NCBI RefSeq assembly: GCF_006345805.1
Contig: NC_043021.1
Coordinates: 1,984,001 to 2,048,000 of the forward strand
Length of the DNA stretch: 64,000 bases
Reading direction: 5' to 3'
Source: Octopus sinensis
Lineage: Eukaryota
Part shown: piece by piece, positions 11,266 through 22,780 of the stretch
Position numbering within the stretch: the stretch's first letter is position 1
How the letters are laid out: each line of letters opens with the position of its first letter
Program-made: the position numbers and the translations under genes
Notes under the pieces: model-generated
Seen by the model: the letters and a program-made list of their open reading frames with translations, nothing else
The model's database searches: none
Told to the model about the DNA's origin: nothing

Positions 11266-12414
11266 TAGAAACATACATGTGGGTGTTCCTGTGAATGTAT
11301 GTATATATATATATATATAGATATATATAGGTGTGTGTGTGTGTGTAGATAGATAAATTGTGTATGCATAAATATATGTGTATACACACACACACACACA
11401 CATCGCTTGTTGGCCAAGTAGACAAACAGTGCTTCCGCTTAACTTGGAACAAAGTGAACCAGGTTCAAATCGTGAATGCATTTCTGAGTAAACTTGTAAT
11501 CGATTCGTAAAATTCTTAGAAATTTATATAAACCGGATTTTAACTCGGAATGGCATTAAAAGCAGTGAACTTACTGACAAAAAAATACCGCTGTGGCGTT
11601 AAACTCTAAATAGACTTCATTCTTAATGCATGTTATATAAATACCCACACACACACATTCATTAAAACCACCTTTACTATTTAAATTAATAATTTTTGCT
11701 TAATTTTAAAATCGTGTGAAGAACATTTTTTTTTGTTTGTATTTACCTACCTAATTGGATTTGTTTTTGTTTTTTAACCTAGTTAATATTGTAATTATTT
11801 TCTATGCGAATCTCCAAACAAGATAAGATTGAAGCTCGTTAAGGGTTACACACACACATATTAGGTGGTTCCTTCGAAAAGGGAATCAAAAGTGGAGTGG
11901 GTTAACGCGTTTCAATTCGCCAAAACAACCACCCGCACACTTAACAACGGGGTGCTCGCTAAAACGAAAGATATGATGTAATAATATAAGATGTGTAATT
12001 CGCTACAGATTTAAATATAACATGTCTGTGTGTGTGTATGCAGGGCAATCAGTACATCGCTTGTTAATATAACATTGTACACACACACATAGTTTGTAGA
12101 AACTAAATCCGGAGAAGCACACTCCAAGATGTAGAGCAGTGTATATTTCAATGGGGAAGGCCTTCCCCATTAAAAAAAAAAGTATATATATATATATATA
12201 TAATTAAATAATAAGGGTAGAAATTGTTGTTAATCAATTAAAACCAGTGGCTTAGCATATTTAAAAATCCGAAGATTAAAAATTGTTACATACAATTTTA
12301 ATTATATATATATATTATATATAGAGATATATATTATATATATCGGTGCCCCAGCATGGCCACAGCTAATAAGCTGAAACTAGAATCAAATCATATATAT
12401 ATATATATATATAT

Positions 12415-12804
12415 AAGTAGCTTGCTTACCAACCACATGGTTCCGGGTTCAGTCCTACTGCGTGGCACCTTGGGTAAGTGTCTTCTACTATAGCCTCGGT
12501 CCGACCAAAGCCTTGTGAGTGGATTTGGTAGACGGAAAATGAAACAAGCCCGTCGTATATATGTATATATATATGTGTGTGTATGTGTGTGTGCATATGT
12601 TTGTGTCTGTGTTTGTCCCCCACAACATCGCTTGATAACCGATGCTGGTGTGTTTACGTCCCCGTAACTTAGCGGTTCAGCAAAAAAGACCGATGGAATA
12701 AGTACAGGGCTTCCAAAGAATAAGTCCTGGGGTCGATTTGCTCGACTAAAGGCGGTGCTCCAGCATGGCCACAGTCACATGACTGAAACAAGCAAAAGAG
12801 TAAA
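12415..12804 (+). mobile_element. tRNA-headed CORE-like SINE (5'-truncated)
   Basis: Near-consensus copy containing CACCTTGGGTAAGTGTCTT. Confidence 0.85.
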
Positions 12805-13175
12805 AATCTATATATATATATACACACATACACACACGCACACAGTGCGTTCGCGCGCGCACGTATTAGGGTACAAATCGTTGTAAAACATTCCTTCGGA
12901 GTGCTTTGCACTTTAAAACATTGTCATTTGCATGCATTGGTGGATTTAAAACCAAGGAAGTGCAAAGACCCGACTACGATATTTCTTCTCCCCCCTCTCC
13001 CTCTCTGACTCTCTCCAGCTCTCTTTCTATACACAGACGTGCAGAGCTTTGGGGGAACAAACAGAAATATTACTTACTAGATGAATATATTACATAAGGT
13101 TTTTTTTGTTTTTATGTTGATTTTTGTGATGTTCTATTAATTAAAAATAAAAGCAGATATTCTTTTTACTTTCCT

Positions 13176-13700
13176 CCTTTTTTTTTACTTGTTTTAGTTA
13201 TTTGACTGCGGCCATGCTGGAGCACCGCCTTTAGCCGGAACAAGTCGACCCCAGGGCTTATTCTTTGTAAGTCTAGTACTTATTCTATCGGTCTCTTGTG
13301 CAGAACCGGTAAGTTTCATGGTCGTAAACACACCAACATCGGTAGTCAAGCGAGTTGGGGTGGGGGAAGTGCAAATATAAATTCCATTATACCAAATCCA
13401 CTCACAAGGCTTTGGTTGGCCCGAGTCTATAGCAGAAGGCACTTGCCCAAGGTTCCACTCAGTGGGACTGAACCCAGAACCAAGTGGTTTGGAACCAAGC
13501 TTCTTACCACTCCTTCACCTATATATATATATATATGTATATATATACAAATATATATATATATATATATACATATACGACGGTTTCTTTCAGTTTGAGG
13601 CTATAGTAGAAGACGCTTACCTAAGGTACCATGCAGTGGACTGAACCCAGAACCATGTCGTTGGTAAGCAAGCTACTTACCACACAACCACTCCTGTGTC
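13176..13700 (-). mobile_element. CORE-like SINE, rearranged and partly duplicated, inverted to 12415-12804
   Basis: Reverse-complement match to the same family. Further decayed copies lie at about 14612-14995, 27230-27400, 30250-30500, 33740-33940, 34240-34380, 38230-38570, 41320-41640, 44270-44620, 47460-47960, 50280-50620, 52960-53300 and 59680-59880. Confidence 0.75.
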
Positions 13701-15149
13701 TATGTATATATATGTATATATATATATATATCATCATCATCATCATTTAGCATCCGCTTTCCATGCTAGCATGGGTTGGACGGTTCAACTGGGGTTTGGG
13801 GAGGCCAGAAAGCTGCACCAGGCCCAGTCTGATCTGGCAATGTTTCTACGGCTGGATGCCCTTCCTAACACGAACCACTCTGTGATTGTAGTGGGTGCTT
13901 TTTACGTACCAGACAGGGCTGGCAAACGGCCACGGTCGGATGGTGCTTTTTACGTGCCACCGGCACTGGTATCACAGCTACAATTTCCATTGATGTTGAT
14001 CGACTTCGATTTTGATTCTGACTCTCACTTGCCTCAACAGGTCTTCACAAGTAGAGTTTTGTGTCCCAAGAAGGAAAGGTATGCATAAGTGGACTGGCTA
14101 CATCCCAGGTAGAGGCCATGGGTTATGGTCTCACCTGTCCTGCCGGGTCTTCTCACACACAGCATACTTCCATAGGTCTCATATATATATATTTAAACGC
14201 ACACATACATATATGTATAGACATTTATATGTATATATTCATATATATGTGTGTATGTCATTGTCATCATCATCATCGTCGTTTAACATCCGCTTTCCAT
14301 GCTGGCATGGGTTGGACAGTTTAACTTAGGACTGGCAATTCAGAAGGCTGCACCGGGCTCCAATCCAATCTGGCAAAGTTTCTACAACTGGATGCCCTTC
14401 CTAATGCCAACCACTCCAAGAGTGTAGTGGGTGCTTTTACGTGCCACCAGCACGGGGGCCAGTCCAGCGGCACTGGCAATGACCACGCTCAAATGTTGCT
14501 TCTTATATATATATAATATATATTATATATATATATATATAATATATATATATATAGGTATATATATATATAGGTATATGAATGTGGATATATATATATG
14601 TATCTTCTTTTTTTAAATTGTTTCAGTCATTGGCCTGTGGCCAAGCTGGGGCACTCTCTTTCGGGGTTTTGTTGAACAAGTCGATCTTATTCTATTGGGT
14701 CCTGTTTGCCGAACCGCTATGTTACATGGCCATAAACACACCAGCACCGGTTGTCAAGCAACAGTGCAGGACAAACATATACACAAACACACACACACAT
14801 ATCTAGACACAAACACACATACATACATACATGCATACATACATACATACATATATATATATATACATACATACAAACATACATACATACATACATACAA
14901 GAAGCTTCATTCAGTTTCCCTCAGACACATGTCCAAGGTGGCACACAGTGGGACTGAACCTAGAACCACGTGATTAGAAAGCAGGCTTCTTACCAACCAA
15001 ACATATAGTTATTAAGGCCTATATCGAGATAGATAGATAGTTAGATAGACAGAGAGACACACACACACACACAGGCATGCACACACACCCCACACACACA
15101 CATGATAATTAAGTTTAGGCTACTTATTGACAGTTCAACAATTCAATAG

Positions 15150-15460
15150 TGACATATATACACACCAATACCAGACAAGTATGTGAGCTGGGGAACAACT
15201 TGTAAAAGGCCTTTCCGCAGATGACCTCCATCATGAATGACAATGATCTCATTATTGCCCCTGGAAACTTTAACAAACATGTGGCTATTGAACATGTAGG
15301 ACAACACAATAATAGCTTCCAATGTGTACAGGAAGGCCATGGATATGGTACAATGAGTGTGGAAGTATCAAGGGTCTTAGTTCTGCAACATAAATGACCT
15401 AAACATGAATAAAAGTAACTTTTGTAGCATCTTATGACCTCCCAATCAGCGAAAATAAAG
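15150..15460 (+). pseudogene. Decayed LINE (RTE-type) AP-endonuclease fragment
   Basis: Manual translation NDLIIAPGNFNKHV...QEGHGYGTMSVEVSRVL matches the APE motif (GDFNxHVG...GHGYGxxNxEG) of RTE-clade LINEs. Confidence 0.7.
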
Positions 15461-16945
15461 AAATTTGGGTAAAGTTTATTCTTGCTAGAAAATGGAACAG
15501 ACGGATAGTCTTTTCCTGTCAATGAATGTACCTCACAGTATAGGTTAGTGGTTACTAGTTTTGGACCTATACAAACAAAATGGTTTGGAGAAGGAAGATA
15601 TGAAAGCTTAATGCACCATTGAGCTGTAAGAGTTCTTGGACAAGTATTTGGAGTGCCATACTTTCTGATACATTAGTTGAATTTTTTAGCCAAAAAAGGT
15701 AGGTCAAGGAAACAATTCACCATCACTAAGAGTAACAAGGGTGCAGTGAGCACCAGCATTGCTAGAAATAGGAGTTAGAGACTCCTTAGACCAAAAAGAA
15801 CATATGTGTGAGTGATCTGTGTGGGGGTTATGACATAAGTGTACAGAATAATCTTTTACAGAATTAATATGTTCACACAGAATTGTAATTATGATACAAA
15901 GAAGACTTTGGAGGACCAAAAAATTCCATGTGGAATGCAGCAGTATTTGGAAAGATAGTGATGATGTTTGAATGTTTGTGCTACATGTTCACACTATATA
16001 ATGCACTGAAAATATGGTATTTGAAAAATCAAATAGAGTTTGAGACTGACTCCATAGAGAAAAACTGGGAATTTCTAAATGGCAACCTGCTGAAAGCTAG
16101 ACAGGAGAGATCTGTGATTGGTGTAAGGAAGTAATAATTTGGAAGGTGACATTGTGGTAGAAAAGTGCTGTAGATAAAGCTATAAAATATAAGAGACAGG
16201 CTTGGTCACACGAGGAAAATATGTGGAAGAAATGTGCAGGCTTGGTTGTTTGGTAAGAAGTTTGCTTTGCATAGTGCCTTGGGAAAGTATCTTCTACTAT
16301 AGCCCTGGGTCAGCCAAAGCCTTGTGAAGAGATTTGGTTGACAGAAACTGAAAGGCGGTGAGCTGGCAGAAGCTTTAGTACGCGAAGTGAAGTGCTTAGC
16401 GGTATTACGTCTGGTGTTACATTCTGAGTTCAAATTCCGCCGAGGTCGACAGAATTGTAGTTATGATACCTGTGCCGGTGGCACGTAAAGAGCACCATCT
16501 GAACGTGGCCGATGCCAGCACCGCCTTGACTGGCTTCGGTGCCAGTGGCACATGACCATGCTGTGCTTGAGGAGACCTATTGAGTCAAGTACATCAACAT
16601 TAAAATAAATATCAAATGGAAATTGTAGTTGAGATACCTGTGCTGGCATGGAAGCCAGCCAAGGCGGCGCTGGCATCGGCCACATTTGGATGGTGCTTTT
16701 GACATGCCACCGGCACAGGTATCATAACTACAATTTTGTGTGAACATATTAATTCTGCAAAAGGTTATTCTGTACACTTATGTCATAACCCCCACACAGA
16801 CACACTCACACATATGTTCTTTTTGGGCTAAGGAGTCTCTAACTCCTATTTCTAGCAATGCTGGTGCTCACTGCACCCTTGTTACTCTTAGTGATGGTGA
16901 ATTGTTTCCTTGTTGGTTTTAAATTGCTGCTAATCACCTTGATTA

Positions 16946-16986
<41 letters not shown>

Positions 16987-17065
16987 TATATATATATACA
17001 TACATACATATATATATACATACATATATATATATATATATACACATACATACATATATATATAT

Positions 17066-17264
17066 GTAGGTCCTGGGTTGAGTCGGGGTTAACCACAGTA
17101 AATAAGGTACTCAATACATAGCAGAGTAAATTAATTTATTTTATAGAAGGAGCTTCTACAGGACTAGAACTGTTTCATTCAAATGAAATCATCAGGAAGC
17201 TTCCTGATGATTTCATTTGAATGAAACACTTCTAGTCCTGTAGAAGCTCCTTCTATAAAATAAA
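17066..17264. mobile_element. Penelope-like terminal fragment ending in a 130-bp near-perfect palindrome with hammerhead-like cores
   Basis: 17135-17264 is self-complementary around AAGCTT (17197-17202) with one mismatch; each arm has CTGATGA...GAAAC. The Penelope assignment is inference from the inverted terminus and the ribozyme-like core. Confidence 0.6.
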
Positions 17265-17570
17265 ATATATATATATATATATATATATACATACATATAT
17301 ATATATATATGTGTGCTTGAGGAAACCTATTGAGTCAAGTACATCAACATCAAAAAATCAAATGGAAATTGTAGCTGTGATACCTGTGCCGGTGGCACGT
17401 AAAAAAGCACCCACTACATTCATAGAATGGTTGGCGTTAGGAAGGGCATCCAGCTGTAGAAACTCTGCCAAATCAGACTGGAGCCTGGTGCAGCCTCCTG
17501 GCTTCACAGACCCCGGTTGAACCGTCCAACCCATGCTAGCATGGAAAATGGACGTTAAACAATGATGATG

Positions 17571-17604
<34 letters not shown>

Positions 17605-18399
17605 GTATCTGTGTATATATATTCAATGCAATACCTTTATAAAGGGATCTATCTTGGGTGAAACACTGCATCCTCTGGCTTATGTCAAGTAAGTTAATTA
17701 GATAATGATCTTGCTCAGGAGCTGGTTCTGTTGCAGAGTTTGAATTTATTCAGCTTATGCAGTGCCTTTAAAAACCAGTGTAGACACTATCTCTGCGTAC
17801 TTCAGACTATGTACTTCTCTGCGTACTTCAGACCTGCTGACTCACCCACGTTTCAGAAGTGACATGATTATCTGTCGCTGACAAACCACAGCAACAGGGA
17901 AATGAGCTTCTTATTCTCGTGATCACTTCTGGGTTTGATTTCATTTTGCATTGCTTTGAAGTACATTGTGATTTATTAATACCATACATCTATAAAGGGA
18001 TTCTCCTGGCCCCAAAACTGCAGCCCCTGGCTTTTCATTGATAACCATATGTTAAATATGTGGTGATGTGTGTGTGTGTATATACATATATATATATATA
18101 TATGTATGCCTACCCACATACTCCACCTCTACCCCAACCCTCAGCCTAATCCACACCCCACCTGTGCTTTCCTCACTCTCACCTCCCAACACCATCACAC
18201 CACACCACACAACACACCACCACCCACACACCAGCACTGACCAATTCCCATCCCCACATTTTCACACCTACACATACACACGTCAAGATCACCAGCCCTC
18301 TTTCACACGCACATACGTACTCTCTTACATACACACACACCTTCATTTTGGGATCAATACTACTTTGATATCTCCCCTACTTCTTAGCTCTCTTGTGTG

Positions 18400-18592
18400 A
18401 CTTTTCTGTCCAGCATTCTCCATGATAGAGTGTTAGGCACTACACACATTTTTTTCTCTCCTTGTTTTCTTCTGTGTAAGAGCGTAGGCTCGAAACGTTA
18501 AAGACTTTTCAATTCCCGAGCGTTATACTAATACATCTGTTTGTTTTCTACACCACCTGTCTTCATCTTTTGTTTTTTTGTGAATTCTCCCT
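18400..18592 (+). mobile_element. Penelope-like 3'-terminal (pLTR) fragment with a degenerate hammerhead motif
   Basis: TGTAA-GAGC-GTAG-GCTC-GAAACGT at 18475-18498: stem II and GAAA are intact and the CTGANGA half is damaged. Confidence 0.55.
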
Positions 18593-19276
18593 ATATATAT
18601 ATACATACGTACACATACATAAGTGAGTGAATAAATGAAAGAAAATAGCACCCAAGCCATAAGTTAAGGTTGTATGTATTTCATAACAGTGTGACCAATG
18701 CAAGCATTGAAAAGTGGGCACTAAAATGATGGCAGTGATGAGTTACAGTAGAATGTGAAAAGCATTTGGTGCAGGATTGTGTTTTGTAGAAAAATTTTCT
18801 CCCTCCAGACTTTGTGAGTGAAAACACATCAAATCAAGCACTGAGTGATGCCAGGAGACTACCAGACACAGTGTTTTGGTGTGATATCTCCTCTTCAGTG
18901 GCAGATGTGGTCTTGCTCATTTGGAGCTAAGCTGGAATTCCTGTTCTTATATACAGAAAGTAGCAACCAATACTTTTGCAGATGTGCACTGAGGCTGGCC
19001 TGTCCAAACGATGGAAGGGAAAGCAAACGTAAAATGATGTTATATATAAGTATATGCATATATATAAATATATATATATATATATACACACATACATACA
19101 TATATTCATCTTCATTTATGTGTATGTATATATAGACACACATATACATACGTACACACGTTTACATACTGAGAGAGAGAGAGAGATACACAGACAGATC
19201 GATAGATACACACACAGACAGAAATGTAGGTAGGTTTGCGTGTGTAAATAATCTTAAAAGATTTTTTGAGGTTAAA

Positions 19277-19830
19277 TCGAATTCGAAAGCCTACTTCTCA
19301 TTCTCTCGGGTCTTGAACTCAGAGAAGCAGGCAACCAAATAAGAAACTGATGTGAGAAGGTAGGCGATAGAGTGGCTGGTTCAATTATGAAGGCCAGACC
19401 AGAGAGAGAGAGGAGGAGAGAGAGACAGAGAGGGTTAGAGAGAGAGAGAATGCATGCTGGAGTCACACGGTTGAAAGCAAGGAAAGATAACCCTGTCGGT
19501 GTGGAATAAGTGATCGCTTATCGAATTTATTCGAAAGCCTATTTCTCACTCTTTCTCTCTTCTTAAACTCCGAGAAGCAGACAACTAAATGAGAAACTGA
19601 TGTGAGAAGGTAGAAAGCGATAGGAGCGGCTGGTTCAATTATGAAGGCCAGACCGGAGAGCAAGTGAGAATGTGTGTGTGAGAGACAGAGGGTTAGAGAC
19701 AGAGAGGGTCAGAGAGAAAGAGAGAGGGTTAGAGAGAGAGAGAAAGAAAGAGAGAGAGAATGCATGCTGGAGTCACACGGTTGAAAGTAAGGAAAGATAA
19801 CCTCGTCAGTCTTGAATAAGTGATGGCTTT
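19277..19830. repeat. Two-copy diverged tandem duplication (about 250 and 300 bp units)
   Basis: TTCGAAAGCCTA, GAAACTGATGTGAGAAGGTAG, GGCTGGTTCAATTATGAAGGCCAGACC and GAATGCATGCTGGAGTCACACGGTTGAAAG each occur twice in the same order. Confidence 0.85.
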
Positions 19831-20337
19831 TTCCGTGACATGTTTATTAACTGTATCATCGATTTATCTCTTAAATCTCTAACCTCTGTTGAAATTCATC
19901 TCCAATAATTATATTAGGGCTAGCTATAATGATAATGGGGGGTAATTTCGGTGAATAATTTCTCTAAAGTATGGTGTCTGTTATAAAAATTGTTAGAAGC
20001 CATGTATGGGAGGGAAATTCTACCAAAAAAATATGGTATAACATTCGCGCTTTAAAAAATTATTTTTTTTTTATGTAGGTTGGATTTTTTTTTGTATTCG
20101 TAAGAAAAATTTACGAATGAAATAAATTTTGTATTTCTGTTTATTTTAATAAATCACGAAGTAATTAATATTTACTGTCCCTAAAATGTGGGTATTATCG
20201 CTCATTGAAATAAAGCTTAAACGTGTGTATCTGTTATACTCAACATACTGTGTGTATACGTATGTATGAATGCATATATGTATATGTAAGTATGTATGTA
20301 TATATATATTTGTATATATATATATATAAATATATAC

Positions 20338-20375
<38 letters not shown>

Positions 20376-20519
20376 TCAAATCTTTTTAATTATTTAAAAC
20401 GAATACCAGAAATAAATTAATGTAAATTTTATCATAAATTTTAAAGGAGTGAAACGTAAAAAGATCTATTTATTTTAGTATGATTTTATAATTATTTTAA
20501 TCTTTAAATTTTACCTAAG

Positions 20520-20968
20520 TTCTTATCTTTCCACCCCCACCCCTGTAATTCCGGAATATAAAAATTACACGATGAGTATTAACATTTGAATGCGAGTCCG
20601 GTTGCATGTGTGTGACGAATGATAATAATGGGCGATGGTGACGGTGTTGATGGAGTGTCGAAATAATTAAAACCCCGATCGTCTTCCATAGTTCAAGTGA
20701 ACTGCTGTGTGTCGGTTTGTGATCTGCAAAGGTTTGTTTCGTGTTGGTAATTAAAAAGGAAAGAAAAAAGAGAAGAAAATAAAGGAAAAATTTATTAAAC
20801 ATGAAAGAAAGGAAGGATCGAGAGAGACGCGGCGGAACGATGGAAAGGTGGAGCGATCGGGAGTTTGCTCCTCCACATCGTACATATATATACGTGTGTA
20901 TGTATATATATATAAATAGAAAATAATTATATATATATATATATGTACTATGTATTATAGTGTGTGTG

Positions 20969-21000
<32 letters not shown>

Positions 21001-21746
21001 CTATGTATGTGAGTGTATACATGTGTGTGTGAGTATATATGTATATATATATACAAATACGTTAATGTCGGTACGTTTATATATGTATATGCTTACATAT
21101 ATGTGCATGTGTATGTATGTATAAATATGTATATGTTCATATGTATATATATATATAAACATTTACATATGTAATATACAAGAGAATATTTAAATATATA
21201 TATAAATGTATATATATATATATACATATATGTGTATGTATATATATATGTGTGTGTGTGAATATATATATATAATGTGTGTGTATGTATGTATATATAT
21301 ATATACATATAAATGTGTGTATGTATATATACATATTAATGTGTGTGTGTATATATATATATATATATACATACATACACATATATATATACGCATACAC
21401 ACATACATATATGCATGCGTAAAAATGTTGTACGGAGTTGTCGTCCGTTAGCTGCTGCCTATGCCGGTAGATGCCGCTGGTGTGTTCCACGCATGACAAG
21501 CGAGGCCTAAGTAGTATTCCGGAATAAAAAGGCAAAAGCTGCGTACATTTTTCGGCGAAAAAAGGAAAGAAAAAAATTCTGCTTCCTTGCTTTAAATTCA
21601 GTTGAAAAGACAAAAAAAAGAAGAAACCCCCCTTTAAAAAAAAACCAGCAAACCCCCCAACAAAACAACACACCCCTCCCTTTGAAAAAAAAAAAAAAAA
21701 AAAAAAAGTCTACAAAAATAACAGACACAACAAAACAAAAACAGAA
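20520..21746. promoter_or_regulatory. Probable UBE2D promoter/5'UTR region, possibly bidirectional
   Basis: Two CpG-rich blocks (20540-20880 and 21420-21560) flank a (TA/TG)n spacer. Each carries the palindrome ATTCCGGAAT (20548-20557 and 21516-21525), which contains an ETS-like CCGGAA core. Confidence 0.5.
20880..21420. repeat. Long compound (TA)n/(TG)n/(TATG)n microsatellite; representative of dozens of such tracts in the window
   Basis: Read directly from the sequence; source of the YIYI/CVCV ORFs in the track. Confidence 0.95.
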
Positions 21747-21770
21747 ATGGCATTGAAAAGAATTCAGAAG
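21747..21770 (+). CDS. UBE2D: Ubiquitin-conjugating enzyme E2 D (UBE2D/UbcH5/Effete family), coding exon 1
   Basis: ATGGCATTGAAAAGAATTCAGAAG|GTGAGA encodes MALKRIQK, the canonical 24-nt UBE2D first coding exon with a phase-0 donor. Confidence 0.93.
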
Positions 21771-22117
21771 GTGAGATCTTTGCTCTTAGATAAAGAAGAA
21801 GAAGAAGAAGGCATGAAGCGAAAATGCTGTGTGTGGAGAGAGATATGTGTGTGTATATATGGTGTATATTGGTGTGTATGTGGTGTGTGGAACATGGATG
21901 GGAAGAGAAATATGGATTGAGAAGAGAGAATTGCGGTGGTTTTATTCGTTGGGGAGGCAGAAATAGATGAGATTTGGAAAGGAAAAGTCTTTTTTAAGAT
22001 GTCTTCTCCCCCCCTCTCTTTATATCCATCACCGTTTTTGTCGTTTGTCGGTTATATTCATACGTATCTATGTATTATATATACTATATTATATTATATT
22101 ATATATAATATTATATA

Positions 22118-22780
22118 AACTAGCCATGAAATATATTTATAATCAGCTCCATGTATAAATGAATATATATATATATATATATATATACGTACATACATAT
22201 ATATATATATGTAACTCGTGTGGCTTTATAATATACTCTACACATCGTTGTATGTGTCTATATATATAGCCGTATGTATATATTATATATATAAACTACC
22301 CATAAAATATATTTATAATCAGCTTCATGTATAAATGAATATATATATACATACATATATATATATGTAACTCGTGTGTCTTTATATATACTCTACACAT
22401 CGTTCTATGTGTGTCTATATATATGTATATATATATAGCCGTATGTATATTCTATATAACTAACTATAAAATATATTTATAATCAGCTCCATGTATAAAT
22501 AAATATATATATATATGTAACTCGTGTGTCTTTATATATACTCTACACATCATTGTATGTGTCTATATATATATGTATATAAGGCAATCTTCATATATAT
22601 ATATAGCCGTATGTATATATTATATATAACTAGCCATAAAATATATTTATAATCAGCTCCATGTATAAATATATATACATACATATATATATATATATGT
22701 AACTCGTGTGGCTTTATATATGCTATCCACATCATTGTGTGTCCATATATATATGTATATATATAGCCGTATGTATATTG
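22118..22780. repeat. Minisatellite, four units of about 170 bp
   Basis: The unit marker AAATATATTTATAATCAGCT(C/T)CATGTATAAAT recurs at about 22130, 22305, 22470 and 22640. Confidence 0.85.

Noticed and set aside
22118-22780. Regularly spaced repeats superficially like a CRISPR array
   Set aside because: Eukaryotic context, spacers are themselves repeated, and there are no cas genes; it is a minisatellite.
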